The position numbers were made by a program, and so were the translations under genes. DNA of 64,000 nt, from contig NC_082722.1 of the NCBI RefSeq assembly GCF_030144855.1, positions 11,966,001 through 12,030,000 on the forward strand. Direction: 5' to 3'. This document shows positions 37,980-49,469 of the stretch, one piece after another. The DNA is from Hypanus sabinus (Eukaryota). Every line of letters begins with the position of its first letter. The stretch's first letter is position 1. The notes under the pieces were generated by a model, which had not been told where the DNA came from, did no database searches, and worked only from the letters and a program-made list of their open reading frames with translations.

Positions 37980-39560
37980 GAATGGGTAACAAACGACGGT
38001 GGTGGAGCTGGATATGATAGTATCTTTTAAGAGACTTCTGGATAGGTACATGGAGTTTAGAAAATTAGAGGGCTACGGGTAACCTTAGGTAATTTCTAAG
38101 TAAGTACATGTTCTGCACAGCATTGTGGTCCGAAGGGGACTGTATTGTGCTCATGACCTTCTAAGTTTCCATATTGTGGACACATGATTGTTAAGAATAA
38201 TGGAATAAGTAGTACGATACAAAATTCCAATTGAGGTCTGACCAGGGTCTATAGAGCTGCAACATTACCTCTTGGCTCTTAAACTCAATTTGATGAAGGC
38301 CAATGCACAGAGTCAACCTACATAGCAGCTTTGAGTGTCCCATGGTGTTGGACCCCAAGATCCCTTCCCTTTGATCTTCCATACTGCCAAGAGTTGTACC
38401 ACTAATGCTATATTCTGCCATCATATTTGACCTACCAAAATGAACCACCACACACTTATCTGGATTGAACATCATCTGCCACTTCTTAGCCCAGTTTTGC
38501 ATCCTATCAATGTCCCGTTGTAACCTCTGACAGCACTCAACGCTATCCACAACACCCCCAACCTTTGTGTCATCAGCAAATTTACTGACCCATCCCTCCA
38601 CTTCCTCATCTAGGTCGTTTATATAAATTACGAAGAATAGTGATCCTGGAACAGACCCCTGAGGCATATCGCTGGCCACCAGCCTCCATGCAGAATGTGA
38701 TGTGTCTACAACCACTCCTTTGTCTTCTGTGGGAAAGCCAGTTCTGGATCCACAAAGCAATGTCCCCTTGGATCCCATGCCTCCTTACTTCATCAGTAAG
38801 CCTTACATGGGGTACCTAATCAAATGCCTTGCTAAACTCCCTGTACACTACATCTACTGCTCTACCTTCATCAATGTGTTTAGTCACATCGTCAAAAAAT
38901 TCAATCAGGCTCGCAAGGCGCGACCTGCCTATGCGACGAAGCTATGCTGACTATTCCTAATCATATTATGCCTGTCCAAATGTTCATAAATCCTTCCTCT
39001 CAGGATCTTCTCCGTCAACTTACCAACCACTGACCTATAATTTCCTGGGCTATCGCTACTCCCTTTCTTGAAGAAGGGAACAACATCCACAACCCTCCAA
39101 TCCTCCGGAACCTCTCCTGTCCTCATTGATGATACAAAGATCATTGCCAGAACTGAGCAACGTCCTTCCTCGCCTGGGGTACATCCCGTCCGGTCCCGGT
39201 GACTTATTCAACTTGATGCTTTCCAAATGCTCCAGCACATCCTCTTCCTTAATATCTACATGCTCAAGGTTTTCAGTCCACTACAAGTCATCCCTACAAT
39301 CGCTAAGATCCTTTTCTGTAGTGAATACTGAAGCAAAGTATTCATTAAGTACCTCTGCTATTTCCTCAATTTCCAAACACACTTTTCCACTGTCACACTT
39401 GATTGGTCTCAGTCTCTGACGTCTTATCATCCTGCTTTTCACATACTTGTAGAACACCTTGAGGATTTCCTTAATCCTGTCCGCCAAGGTCTTCTCATGG
39501 CCCCTTCTGGCTCTCCTATTTTTTTTCTTAAGCCCATCCCTTCCATGTCTCATTGGAATG
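37980..39560. mobile_element. Younger CR1 fragments in the V-C1 intron (mainly minus strand)
   Basis: PQGSVPGSLFFVIYINDL, KFADDTK and NKSPGPDG peptides. Confidence 0.85.
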
Positions 39561-40304
39561 TACCTACTCAGAACCCCATGAAAATATCCCCTGACCACAT
39601 TTCTTCCATACGTTTCCCTGAGAACATATTATTATCTTCCAATATGCATTACATGCCGTTTGACTTCATTAAATCCAATTCCCAATGGTCCCAATTCTCC
39701 TCTCTGACTGCGTAGGTTACTGTTCGACATTCCAAAAGAAGTATAAAATAAATACAAATGATTTAAAGTACAACGTATAACCCCCCCTGCTAGTCAACTA
39801 CTCTGCACTGTCTCCTGGAGTGTGAAAAATTCAAAACTAAACCATGCACTCCTTCAGTAAATGAAGGGCGATCACCCATTCAAATGGCAAGGTGTTGACT
39901 GCGGGCGAATTTGAAAACGGCATACTATTTTCACTCACTTCTGTAAAGATATTTTTATTATAAAGCAGCTTACTTATTCATTTTCACATAATTAAGCTGC
40001 AGTTTGCTCGTCAGTATCTGTGTAGAACAAATTTAAGAGTTTCTCCGTGCTGCCTTTTGTCGGGATTATTTGGTTAAATCTGACTCCGTAAAAAATAGTT
40101 TATGAATATCAGAGGCGTTATTGAGACACAGCAAATGATGTCGTCTAATATGAATCAGAGTCAGGTATTAGTAGTTGATATAGATCATATTACTAATATT
40201 TCTTCAAATGCAAACATCACAGTTAATGAACCTAAGGATAATGTAGGGGAAATACGTCAATATCGCAAAGTCATTTAACGTTTTTTCCATTATCTGTTCC
40301 ACAG

Positions 40305-40607
40305 TAGTACCAACTCCATTGAAAATGTTCGTGAAAAAGCATTCAACTACCGCCTTCATTATTGTGTGTGAAACAGCTGGCTTTTATCCTGAGGACTTCT
40401 CGCTTACCTGGTATAAAAATGATGTTGAGATAGTTTTGGGTACGCATACCAAAGTAAAGAAGACCACCGAAGGTCTTTATGAGGTTTCGAGCAGCTTGTC
40501 AGAGATGCAGCCAGATAAGAACGGCACAAAATATACCTGTTTGGTATCTCATGTCTCTCTCAATACTTCAGCCGTGGCAGTCTATTCTATTTCCAAATCT
40601 AACCAAG
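40305..40607 (+). CDS. IgSF receptor exon 3: C1-set constant domain
   Basis: acag acceptor; IVCETAGFYPEDFSLTWYKN, GLYEVSSSL and YTCLVSHVSL are C1-set hallmarks; G|gtacg donor; phase 1 at both ends. Confidence 0.95.
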
Positions 40608-41054
40608 GTACGAGGGCATGTCCTGCTAATTTCTCAAATACACATATAATGAGCCATCACTACTTGTTAGAGGTCGCAAGGAAAATCCACTTTAATTCTT
40701 TGAAACTCTAAGTACAGCATACTGTTAAAGGGCTTTTATTTAATATCGAATTCTGTGGGTTGCAAGACAGCCATTAATAAAAACACTTCTGTGACAAAAT
40801 TTTACATTTAATGTCTTTTGAATTTTTAGAAAATTGGGAAATAAGTTCTTTATAATTTGCATTTCCACCCACGTGTATTGATGTTTCTTTTGTAATCCAT
40901 TTGAAAAAAAATCATTTTTGACCAGTGATTCCGTACCTTTCAGTTGAACTGTTTGCAGGAGTTTCCGTTCCGTTTCGCGTTTCCATCAAATTTCTATTCG
41001 AGACATATAACATATCTCAACTCCGGTTCTCTCACGTACATATCCCCAAAACAT

Positions 41055-41330
41055 TTGCTATACTTCTTCTGTACATCTTCCTGAGAACATCTGTTCCCAG
41101 TTTAGGCTTCCAAGTTCCTGCGTGATAGCTTCAAATTTCCCCTTACTCCAATTAAACGCTTTCCTAACTTGTCTGTTCCTATCCCTCTCTAAAGCTATGG
41201 TAAAGGAGATAGAATTGTCATCACTATCTCCAAAATGCTCTCTCACTGACACCTGACCAGGTTCATTTTCCAATACCAGATCAAGTACAGCCTCTCCTCT
41301 TGTAGGCGCATCTACATATTGTGTCAATCT
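41055..41330 (-). mobile_element. CR1 fragment in the C1-TM intron
   Basis: TQYVDAPTRGEAVLDLVL..DSDDNSISF peptide. Confidence 0.85.
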
Positions 41331-41649
41331 TGCACTGGGAAAATTGGGAAAATTGTTTCAGACACTGCAATCCGTCAGCCATAGTCACATCGAGCCTGAT
41401 TAAACACACTTTAATTGTCCAATATAGAATAACTTCGGGGTTTATTTTGATAAAGAGAGTGTTGTGTATTTTAGTTATTAATTTTCTCTCATACTTTTAA
41501 TCTGTGTTGGGTTGTCTTATCCTCTATTATTCACACACCCCAACGCCACCACTAGCACGAGCACCAACAGCGACTCTTTATCTCCTCTCAAAAAAGAGTT
41601 ATATATTTACTTCTCAGCTTCCATAACGTATATTCTTTGAAAACTCCAG

Positions 41650-41763
41650 GTTCCTCTGGCAAATCTCTTTTCGTTTGGATTCTCCGTTGTGCGATGGGGG
41701 TACTGACGATTCTAGTGCTAATGATCGTCATTGGGACGCGGTGCCGAAAGCAGCAAAGAAAGG
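41650..41763 (+). CDS. IgSF receptor exon 4: transmembrane segment with Arg (GSSGKSLFVWILRCAMGVLTILVLMIVIGTRCRKQQRK)
   Basis: ctccag acceptor, phase-1 frame continuous with C1, ~23-residue hydrophobic span, basic stop-transfer cluster, G|gtatga donor. Confidence 0.87.
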
Positions 41764-42049
41764 GTATGATTTAAAGAACATTTCCCAAATCCACAAGCAA
41801 GACAAAAAAAAAAAAAAAAATCTGCGTCTTTTCCAGGACAGCACAATCATCACTGGGGTTTCAATAAGCTGCAACATCTGGGTCACGTATTTCAGATATT
41901 TAGCTGAAGTCAAGCATTCAATTCTCGGCCAGCCTATGACGTGCTTAATTATCTATTCCCATTCTCTCGCCTGTAAATATCTTTACGATAATTTCGTTAA
42001 CAATTTTGCGAATGGTGCTTTATTTTCATGCCATTGTATTTCGTTCTAG

Positions 42050-42087
42050 GTAACGAGGAATGCTTTACGGAAGCGAATCGTAGTGAG
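42050..42087 (+). CDS. Candidate small cytoplasmic exon (GNEECFTEANR...)
   Basis: ttcgttctag acceptor, open in phase 1; possible donors after 42082 (gtgagg) or 42087 (gtttgt). Confidence 0.45.
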
Positions 42088-42257
42088 GTTTGTTCTTGCG
42101 TACATATAGCGCCGTACAATCTGGTCATTCAATAGACGATCTGATCTGGACAGAATTAACGATAGTCTTATTACAACAGTGTGTATTTGCATAGTTTGCT
42201 TATTCTTCCTGTCGCTAATAATGATTCAAATCATGTTAAGACGTCCATTTGGCACTA

Positions 42258-42261
<4 letters not shown>

Positions 42262-42304
<43 letters not shown>

Positions 42305-42305
42305 T
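42262..42305. repeat. (GATT)n microsatellite
   Basis: About 10 perfect GATT units. Confidence 0.95.
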
Positions 42306-42721
42306 ATGCATTTAATCATATTTACTTAAATGACATAAACTAAATTATCTCTTGTCTTGATAACTGCTATAGTTATTCTTTTGTATTCAGAAAAATCATT
42401 GTAATTTTTGAAGGCATCATGAAGTTTTAAAACATTCAGCTTGATATATGGGAGGACACTGGGGACCTATCAGATACGATCACCCGGAGTATGTTGAAGC
42501 TCTTGAGACCTTAATGGAACGGCGATCGCTGGAATTGTGACGGATCTGATAACTACTGTGCCATCGTGTCACGTTGCGCTTAAACTAGTCTGTTAATTTC
42601 TTTAGCTCAAGAGATTCTGGGGATGCGGCACATTGGTCTGTACGATAAATATCTTTGTAGTCATTGCGTTAACAATTCCGCAAATGGTGCTGAATTATAG
42701 TGTCATTATATTTCGTTCCAG

Positions 42722-42745
42722 ATGAAGAGGACCGTATCCACTTGA
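42722..42745 (+). CDS. Candidate terminal cytoplasmic exon (MKRTVST* in phase 0, or DEEDRIH... in phase 1)
   Basis: ttcgttccag acceptor whose upstream context duplicates that of 42050; the phase-0 path gives a 283-aa protein. Confidence 0.35.
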   Translation: MKRTVST

Positions 42746-43039
42746 CCATGCGCCTGTTTTCTCACAAACGCCGTTTCATTCTCGAGAAATCTTGCATCTG
42801 CTGGAATTTACGGTTATGGAATGAATTGGCGCAGCTTCCGTTTGCAACATGATCTGAGACGAACGATTGTTATTTGGCTACCTATCTTCATATTTCAATG
42901 TTATTATCAAATGTTAAACTGATTTACCTGAAGTAGAAACATAGACTGATAGAGGTATCAATATATATATAAACCTAAAGATTCCCACAGTTATCTTGAC
43001 TGTGCCTCTTTCCATCCTGTAAAAATGTTATTCCCTTTT

Positions 43040-43780
43040 CTCAGTTCCGTCATCTCCGCCTCATCTGTTCCGAGGATGCTGCTTTCCATTCCAGGACATT
43101 AGAGATCTTCTCCTTTTTCCTCCACCATTGATGCTGCAATCACTCGCATCTCTCCCAATTCCTGAACATTGGCGCTCACCCCATCTTCTCTACCACCACA
43201 TGAGCCTCCGTATCTGACACATCATCCGCCGCAACTTTCACCATCTTCAAAGGATCCCACAATCAAATGTATCTTTACTCCCCTGCCACCCTGCTCCAGT
43301 TCTGCCATTCACTGGTCCCTCCATGATTCCCTTGTCCATTCGTTCTTCCGCACTAATCTGTCTCCTGGCACTAATATCTGCAAGTGGCCAATTTGCTGCT
43401 CCGGCCTATTCAAGTTCCCCCTTACCTTCATTTACATCTCCAAACAATCCTTCCAGGTGAGATAGCAGTTCACCTGCAAATCTGCTAGGATTGTCCATTG
43501 CGCTTGGTGCTCCTGATGCGGCCTCTTCTACATTGATGAGACCCGTGATTAATTGAGGGACCACTTTTTGAGCACCTTATCTCCATTCGCCAAAACCGGA
43601 ACTTCGCCCTGGCCAAATATTTTATTTCCCATTCCCATTCCCGTTCCAACATGTGGGCCCACGGCCTCTTCTTGTGCTATGATGAGGCCATCCTCAGGGT
43701 AGAAAAGCAAAACCTTTATTCCGTTGTTTTAGCCTCCATCCTGATAGCATAAATATTGATTTCTTCTTCTGCTAAGAAAC
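43040..43780 (+). mobile_element. Penelope-like element 3' fragment (RT end and GIY-YIG)
   Basis: Similar to 20860-21160; contains CTCTTCTACATTGATGAGACC (LYIxET-like) and related motifs. Confidence 0.7.
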
Positions 43781-44599
43781 AATTCCTGTCCTCTTTGTTA
43801 TATTTCCTAATCCAGCCTCTCACTGGTCTATTCCCATTCCCAAGATCTCTTCTGCCTTCCCTTTCTCCTATGGTCCACTCTCCTCTCCAATCAGATTCGT
43901 TCCTCCCAACTCTTGTTTATCTTTTCTTCCCATCAGGTTTCACCTGTCACCTTTAACTCTACTCCTCCCTCTCCCCCCACCTTTTTATCCATTCCAGTCC
44001 CAAAGAAGAGCCTCGCCCCAAAACACCGACAGCTTGTTTATTTCTATTGATGCTGCCTGACCCACTGTTCCTCCAATATTTTGTGTGTATTGCTTTGGAT
44101 TTCCAGCACCTGAAGACTTTCTCGTGCTTATGATTTGTTGAAGTTGTTTAAAATTAAACAACTTAGAATTAATTTGTTTAAGAAACCTATGTTGGACTAT
44201 TGTACGCACTTTTGGTCACTGACCTATAGGAAGGATGTAAATAAGGTCGAAAGAGAACAGAAAAAAAATTACAAGGATGTTGCCGGGACTGGAGTCTGAG
44301 CTATATAAGGAAAGATTGAATGGGTTAGGGCTTTGTTCCTCAGAATGTGGAAAATTGTGGGGAAATTTGACAGAAGTATACAGAAGTGTGACGGCTATAG
44401 ATTGGTTAAATATAAGCTGACTTTTCACTGAAGATGGGTGCGACTATAACTAGATGTCATGGTTTAAGGGTGAGTGGTGAATTGTTTAGGGGGAACATGA
44501 AAGGAAAAGTCTTCGCCCAGAGGGTCGTGCGAGTGTGAAATGATCTGCCAGCACAAGTGGTGCATGTGAGGTCGATGTGAACGATTAAGAGAAGTTTAG

Positions 44600-47400
44600 A
44601 TAGGTACATGGATGGGAGAGTGTCCCTTGCAATCCCCTTTCTCTTCCAAAATCTGCAGATTCCCTTACACTCCTACATCTTGTCGGCAAGGGCAACCTCA
44701 TGTCTCTTCTAGCCCTCCTGATATTTTTCTTAAGTTTTCTCTTGCATGCTCCATAAGCAACATATTTTTTCCTTCCCGCCTATCCTTGCTACAGACCTCC
44801 ATTTTCTTTCTTAACCAGAGCTTCAATAACCCTTGAAAACCACGGCTCCTTACACTTGTTACCTTACCTTTTATTTTGACAATATTTTGCTCTCCGAATT
44901 TCATTTCTGAAGGTTTCTCACTTACCAGTACACATTTCCCATAAAATAGCCTGTTCCAATCTACACTTGTCAGATAATTTCTGATACCATATAATGAGCC
45001 TTTCCTCAATTTGGAATGACAACCCGCAGACCAAACCTATCTTGTTACATACTTACTTTGAAACTAATGGTACTGTGATGACGAATTGCAAAGTGTTCAC
45101 CTACACACATTTCTGTCTCCTGCCCTGTCTCAATTTCTAATTGCAGATGAAGAATCACACACGTTGTCACTGTGTCATCTATGTACTGAATAAGGAAACT
45201 CTCCTGAACACATTTGATGAACTCTAATCCTTTTATTGTATAAGAGTACCAATGAATATCTGGAACGTTATGATCACCTACTGTAACAACCTTATGTTTC
45301 TTACAACAGTCTTCAACTACTCTCCAAATATGTTCTTCCTCAGATAGTTGGTTGGTCTGTAAAATAGCCCCATGAAAGTGGTCACATTTCACATTTCTCA
45401 GTTCCACTCACAACGCCTCACTGGGATTTACCAATCTATCCTGACTGAGCACTGCTGTAATATTTTTCCTGACAAGTAGACAACCCCTCCTCCTTTAATA
45501 CCGTCTGTTCTGTCGTGGCTAAAGCAACAGACCCCCGGAATATTGAATTGCCAGTCCTGTACAACCTGTAATCAAGTCTCACTAGTGACCACAACATCAT
45601 AATTCGAGGCCTCATGGATGTCCTGAGCTGATTTCCTATGGATTTCTTACTTTTAGATATATGCAACTCAGGATATTAATCACACCATAATCAACCTTGT
45701 GATTCCTGACTTTATCTGAGGTCTTACAAACATCTCTTTACACACTTCAGTTCCCATCTCCCTGTTACTCTAGTTTATTCCACCCCCGTTCAATATTAGT
45801 CTCCATCTAGTTTAGGTGCATACTGTCTCTTCTGTACAAGTCCCACTTCCCTGGAAGTGAGCTCAATGATCTTATGCTCACCCTCCTACACCAATTCCTT
45901 AGCCTAGTGTTCAACTGTATAATCTTCCTGTTTCTGGCCTCACTAGCACATGGCACAAGTAGCAACCCTAATTTCTCAACCCTGGAGGTCTTGTCCTTTA
46001 AATTAACACCTAAAGCCATGAACTCCTTTTGCAGAATGCTGTCACTCTTTCTACCTATGTCATTACCGCTATATATAATTATTCACACTGCCTCTTAACA
46101 ATGCTGAGGATTCGATCGGATCTTGGCACCTGGAGGCCACATACCATCCTAGAATCATGTCCTCATTCACATGACCTTCTTTCTGTTTCCCTAACATAGT
46201 TGCATGAGGCCATCGATCCCAGGAGATCATGGGTTTGTGCCTCTGGTTGACTGCATCCTCTTCAGGGTGCAAGCCTGGGTGGGAAGGTTTGAAGAACCGG
46301 CTGTTGCCCATGCAGCAAGTTCCCCCTCTCCATGTCACTGATGTAGTCCAAGGGAAGGGTAAGCGCCGATACAGCCTGGTACCAGTGTCGTCACAGGGTT
46401 TGCCAGATTGAAGTTGTAAACAACATCAAACTGCCTTAGGGACCCCGGCTCCGGATTTCTTCCTCGGGGTTTACTTCAAAGCCTTTCCCATGGGTGAGTA
46501 TGGCTGCAAGGCAGCAGAGGTTTAAAATCAGAGTTTTCCTTCTTCCAGATGGGCCGTCCAAGGCTAATGAGCCCCACCTTGCCTGAGTCCCTAACTAATG
46601 AAGGCCCTATCACCATAGCTCGCCTCTTCTCCCCGTTTCCCTTGCGAATCACAAAATCAGATTCAGTGCCAGAGACCTGACTGCTGTGACTTTCCACTGC
46701 GTGGATATTCTTCCCCAACAGTATCCAAGCTTGTTGTTTAGGGGGATGGGCACAAGGGTACATTTCACTGGCTGTTTAACTCTTTTTACCCTCCTGACTG
46801 TCACTCACTTTCCTGTTTCCTGCACCTCGGGCACAACTACCTTTCTATATGTCCTACCCCCTCAGCCTCCCAAATGATGTGGTGTTCAATTGTTACACAC
46901 ACCTATTAGATTGCAGATACCTTATGAGGTAACCGTAGCCTTCAGCCAGGAAGAGATGTCATCAGGTGGGCCGGCACTGGTGGCCAAATCACTGCCCATC
47001 TGCTCCTGGCTTCCAGCTTTCCTCCTCTCACCAACTCCAAATCCAACAAGAGGCTCATTCTGCCTCTTCCCCCATCCTACGAGCTGTTCATCCAGTTCTT
47101 TAATGCGGATTGTTAGATGCTGCAACTGGATGCATTCTCATGGGTGTAGTCGTCAGGTACACTGGAAATCCCCCTGCCTTCCCATATCCTGCAAGAGGAG
47201 CATTCCACTATCCCGCCTGGTATCTCTACTGTTCCAACTTAGTAAATGTAAAGAAGGGGATGGGATGGGGGGCATGAAATATCTCTATCTACAGCTTTTT
47301 TGCCTTCTCTCACTCAAGCCTCAAAGAGCCAAAGTCTTTCCCGAGCCCTGATTTGGCATTCTCCAGAGCTCCAAAATTCCGCGAGCCGCTGCTTTTCCTA
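44600..47400 (-). mobile_element. CR1 LINE 5' portion: ORF1 (SGNH esterase-like) and start of ORF2 endonuclease, degenerate
   Basis: RRAMVIGPSLVR, LLLVPCASEARNRKIIQLNTRLRNWCRR and WDLYRRDSMHLN; VTVGDHNVPDIHW in ORF2. Confidence 0.8.
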
Positions 47401-47459
47401 ACCTAAGGGAAAGACAACTTCTCAGGCATCTGATCTGTCCAACTGCTGCCATGCAATGC

Positions 47460-48400
47460 TTTAAAACTCCAACAATTGTAAAAGACGTTGGTGAGGCCTA
47501 ATTTGGATGACTGAGTGTAGTTTCAGTCACCTACCTACAGGAAATAAGCTTAAAGAATACAGGAGAAAATGCTAGGATGTTGTCAGGACTGGAGGAACTG
47601 AGTTAAAATGAATGATTGAATAGATTACGACTTTATTTGTTGGAACGTAGAAGATTGAGGACAGATTTGAAAGCAATATGCAAAATTACGAGGGGTATAG
47701 ATGGGGGAAATGCAGGCAGGGTTTTTCCACTGAGGTTGCGTGGGACTACAACCAGAGGTCATGAGTTAAGGGTTAAAGGTGAAAAGTTTAAGGGAAACAA
47801 GAGGAAAATATTCTTCCCTGTGGGTTTGGGTGCAGGTCCACTGCAGTAGGTAGGTTAAATGTTTATATACGGACCAGATGGACGTTTCTATGACACTATG
47901 ATGCTAGAGCCATCTCTACTTCCTGAGGAGACTGAGGTCCTTTAACATCTGCCGGACAATGCTGAGGATGTTCTATGAGTCTGTGGTGGCCAGTGCTTTC
48001 ATGTTTGCTGTTGTGTGCTGGGGCAGCAGGCTGAGCAGACACCAACAGAATCAACAAACTCATTCGTAAGGCCAGTGATGTTGTGGGAGTGGATCTGGAC
48101 TCTCCGACGGTGGTGTCTGAAAGGAGGATGCTGTCCAAGTTGCATGCCATCTTGGACAATGTCTCCCATCTACTCCATAATGTACTGGTTAGGCACAGGA
48201 GTACATTCGGCCAGAGACTCATTCCACCGAGATGTAACACTGAGCGTCATAGGAAGTCATTCCTGCCTGTGGCCATCAAAGTTTACAACTCCTCCCTCGG
48301 AGTGTCAGACACCCTGAGCCAATAGGCTGGTCCTGCAACTGTAACAAAACCCAATTTCCCTCGGGATCAATAAAGTATGTCTGTCTGTCTGTCTGTCTAA
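47460..48400 (+). mobile_element. CR1 3' fragment (47460-47850) followed by a Rex1/Babar 3' end (47870-48400)
   Basis: LERRRLRTDL and TTRGHELRVKG; then LDNVSHLLHN..PPRCNTERHRKSFLPVAIKVYN with AATAAA and a (TGTC)n tail. Confidence 0.85.
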
Positions 48401-49050
48401 CTTGAAAAGATAGTCCAGGAGTGTTTTAAAGAAAAAGAAACTATAACTGATAATCAAAATAGTGAAATGTTACCAAGTAGGAACACAGAAGTCTGGATCT
48501 TCGTTTATTTGTGTACATAATTAGTTATGTAAAGCCATCTCTTGTATCGTATCCAGTATGAGAAAAAGAAGACACTGGAACATGGTGACGAAATGCTGGT
48601 TGATAAAGCTTTGGCAAATGATAGCATACATGAATTCAAACAGCGAACTCCAATTATGATAATCTTGTTCAAAGATATTGTGTACAATCTTCAAACACCA
48701 TCCATATATGTGATTCATATACTATGGCACAGGACATAATAAATAACGCCCTTGGCCCGTCAAATAATAAGCCTGCTTTTCTGACTGACTACGCAGTTCT
48801 TCATTAGAGAAAGCTACTGGAAAATAAATGGGATACATCCAGCTGCCATATCGTTAACGAAGGATGTTTCAATTGTGAAATATATGGACACCAGATGTAA
48901 TGAAATGCAATAAGCAACTTTCATCTGCATAATATGAGACAGTTTCACTGGATTACCTAAAACTCTCCGACAAATAATTAAAATGTGGCATACCAGAATG
49001 GAAACAAATTCTAGATGGCAGCAATCTGGTGTTCCATGTTATTCCCACAG

Positions 49051-49185
49051 ATAGCTCTATGGAAATCGATGCACATTTGATGAATAATACAGAAATTATC
49101 TGGAATAACAAGTTGACAAATTCTTCTGAAATACTATTATACACAAATCTGGTGATGCCAACAGATATAAATTATATCTATCAAT
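49051..49185 (+). other. Candidate distal cytoplasmic exon with ITIM (EILLYTNL)
   Basis: ttcccacag acceptor at 49050, open in phase 1; L-x-Y-x-x-L at 49134-49151; the frame runs on into a microsatellite. Confidence 0.3.
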
Positions 49186-49305
49186 CTAATCCATCTATCT
49201 ATCTATCGATCTATCTACCTACCTACCTATCTACCTACCTATCTATCCATCCAACTATCCATCCATCCATATGTCTGTCTAGTTATCTATTTATCTATCT
49301 AATTG
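49175..49305. repeat. Compound (TCTA)n/(CCTA)n/(TCCA)n microsatellite
   Basis: Direct reading. Confidence 0.9.
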
Positions 49306-49469
49306 AATTAATAAATTATTGTTGGGCCACCATAGATAGTCTCTATGTATTTTGTTCAAGTTGCGAAAAACCACATTTACACTAAAACACTGGACAACAA
49401 AGCTTTTGCTCCCTGCATACTTTTGGGTGTAGCTTACGGATTTTGGGCTTCTTATCATGAAAATCACCA

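Noticed and set aside
36608-40607. Calling the gene a TCR, Ig light chain, NKp30 (NCR3), SIRP or B7-H6
   Set aside because: It has no RSS or separate J segments, it has a TM (unlike IgL), a C1 domain (unlike NKp30) and a single C1 with TM Arg (unlike SIRP); orthology cannot be assigned without phylogeny, so no gene symbol is given.
41837-41905. Alternative acceptor 73 nt after the TM donor (GQHNHHWGFNKL...)
   Set aside because: Very short intron containing a poly(A) run and only a weak donor; possible but less supported than the 42050 and 42722 acceptors.
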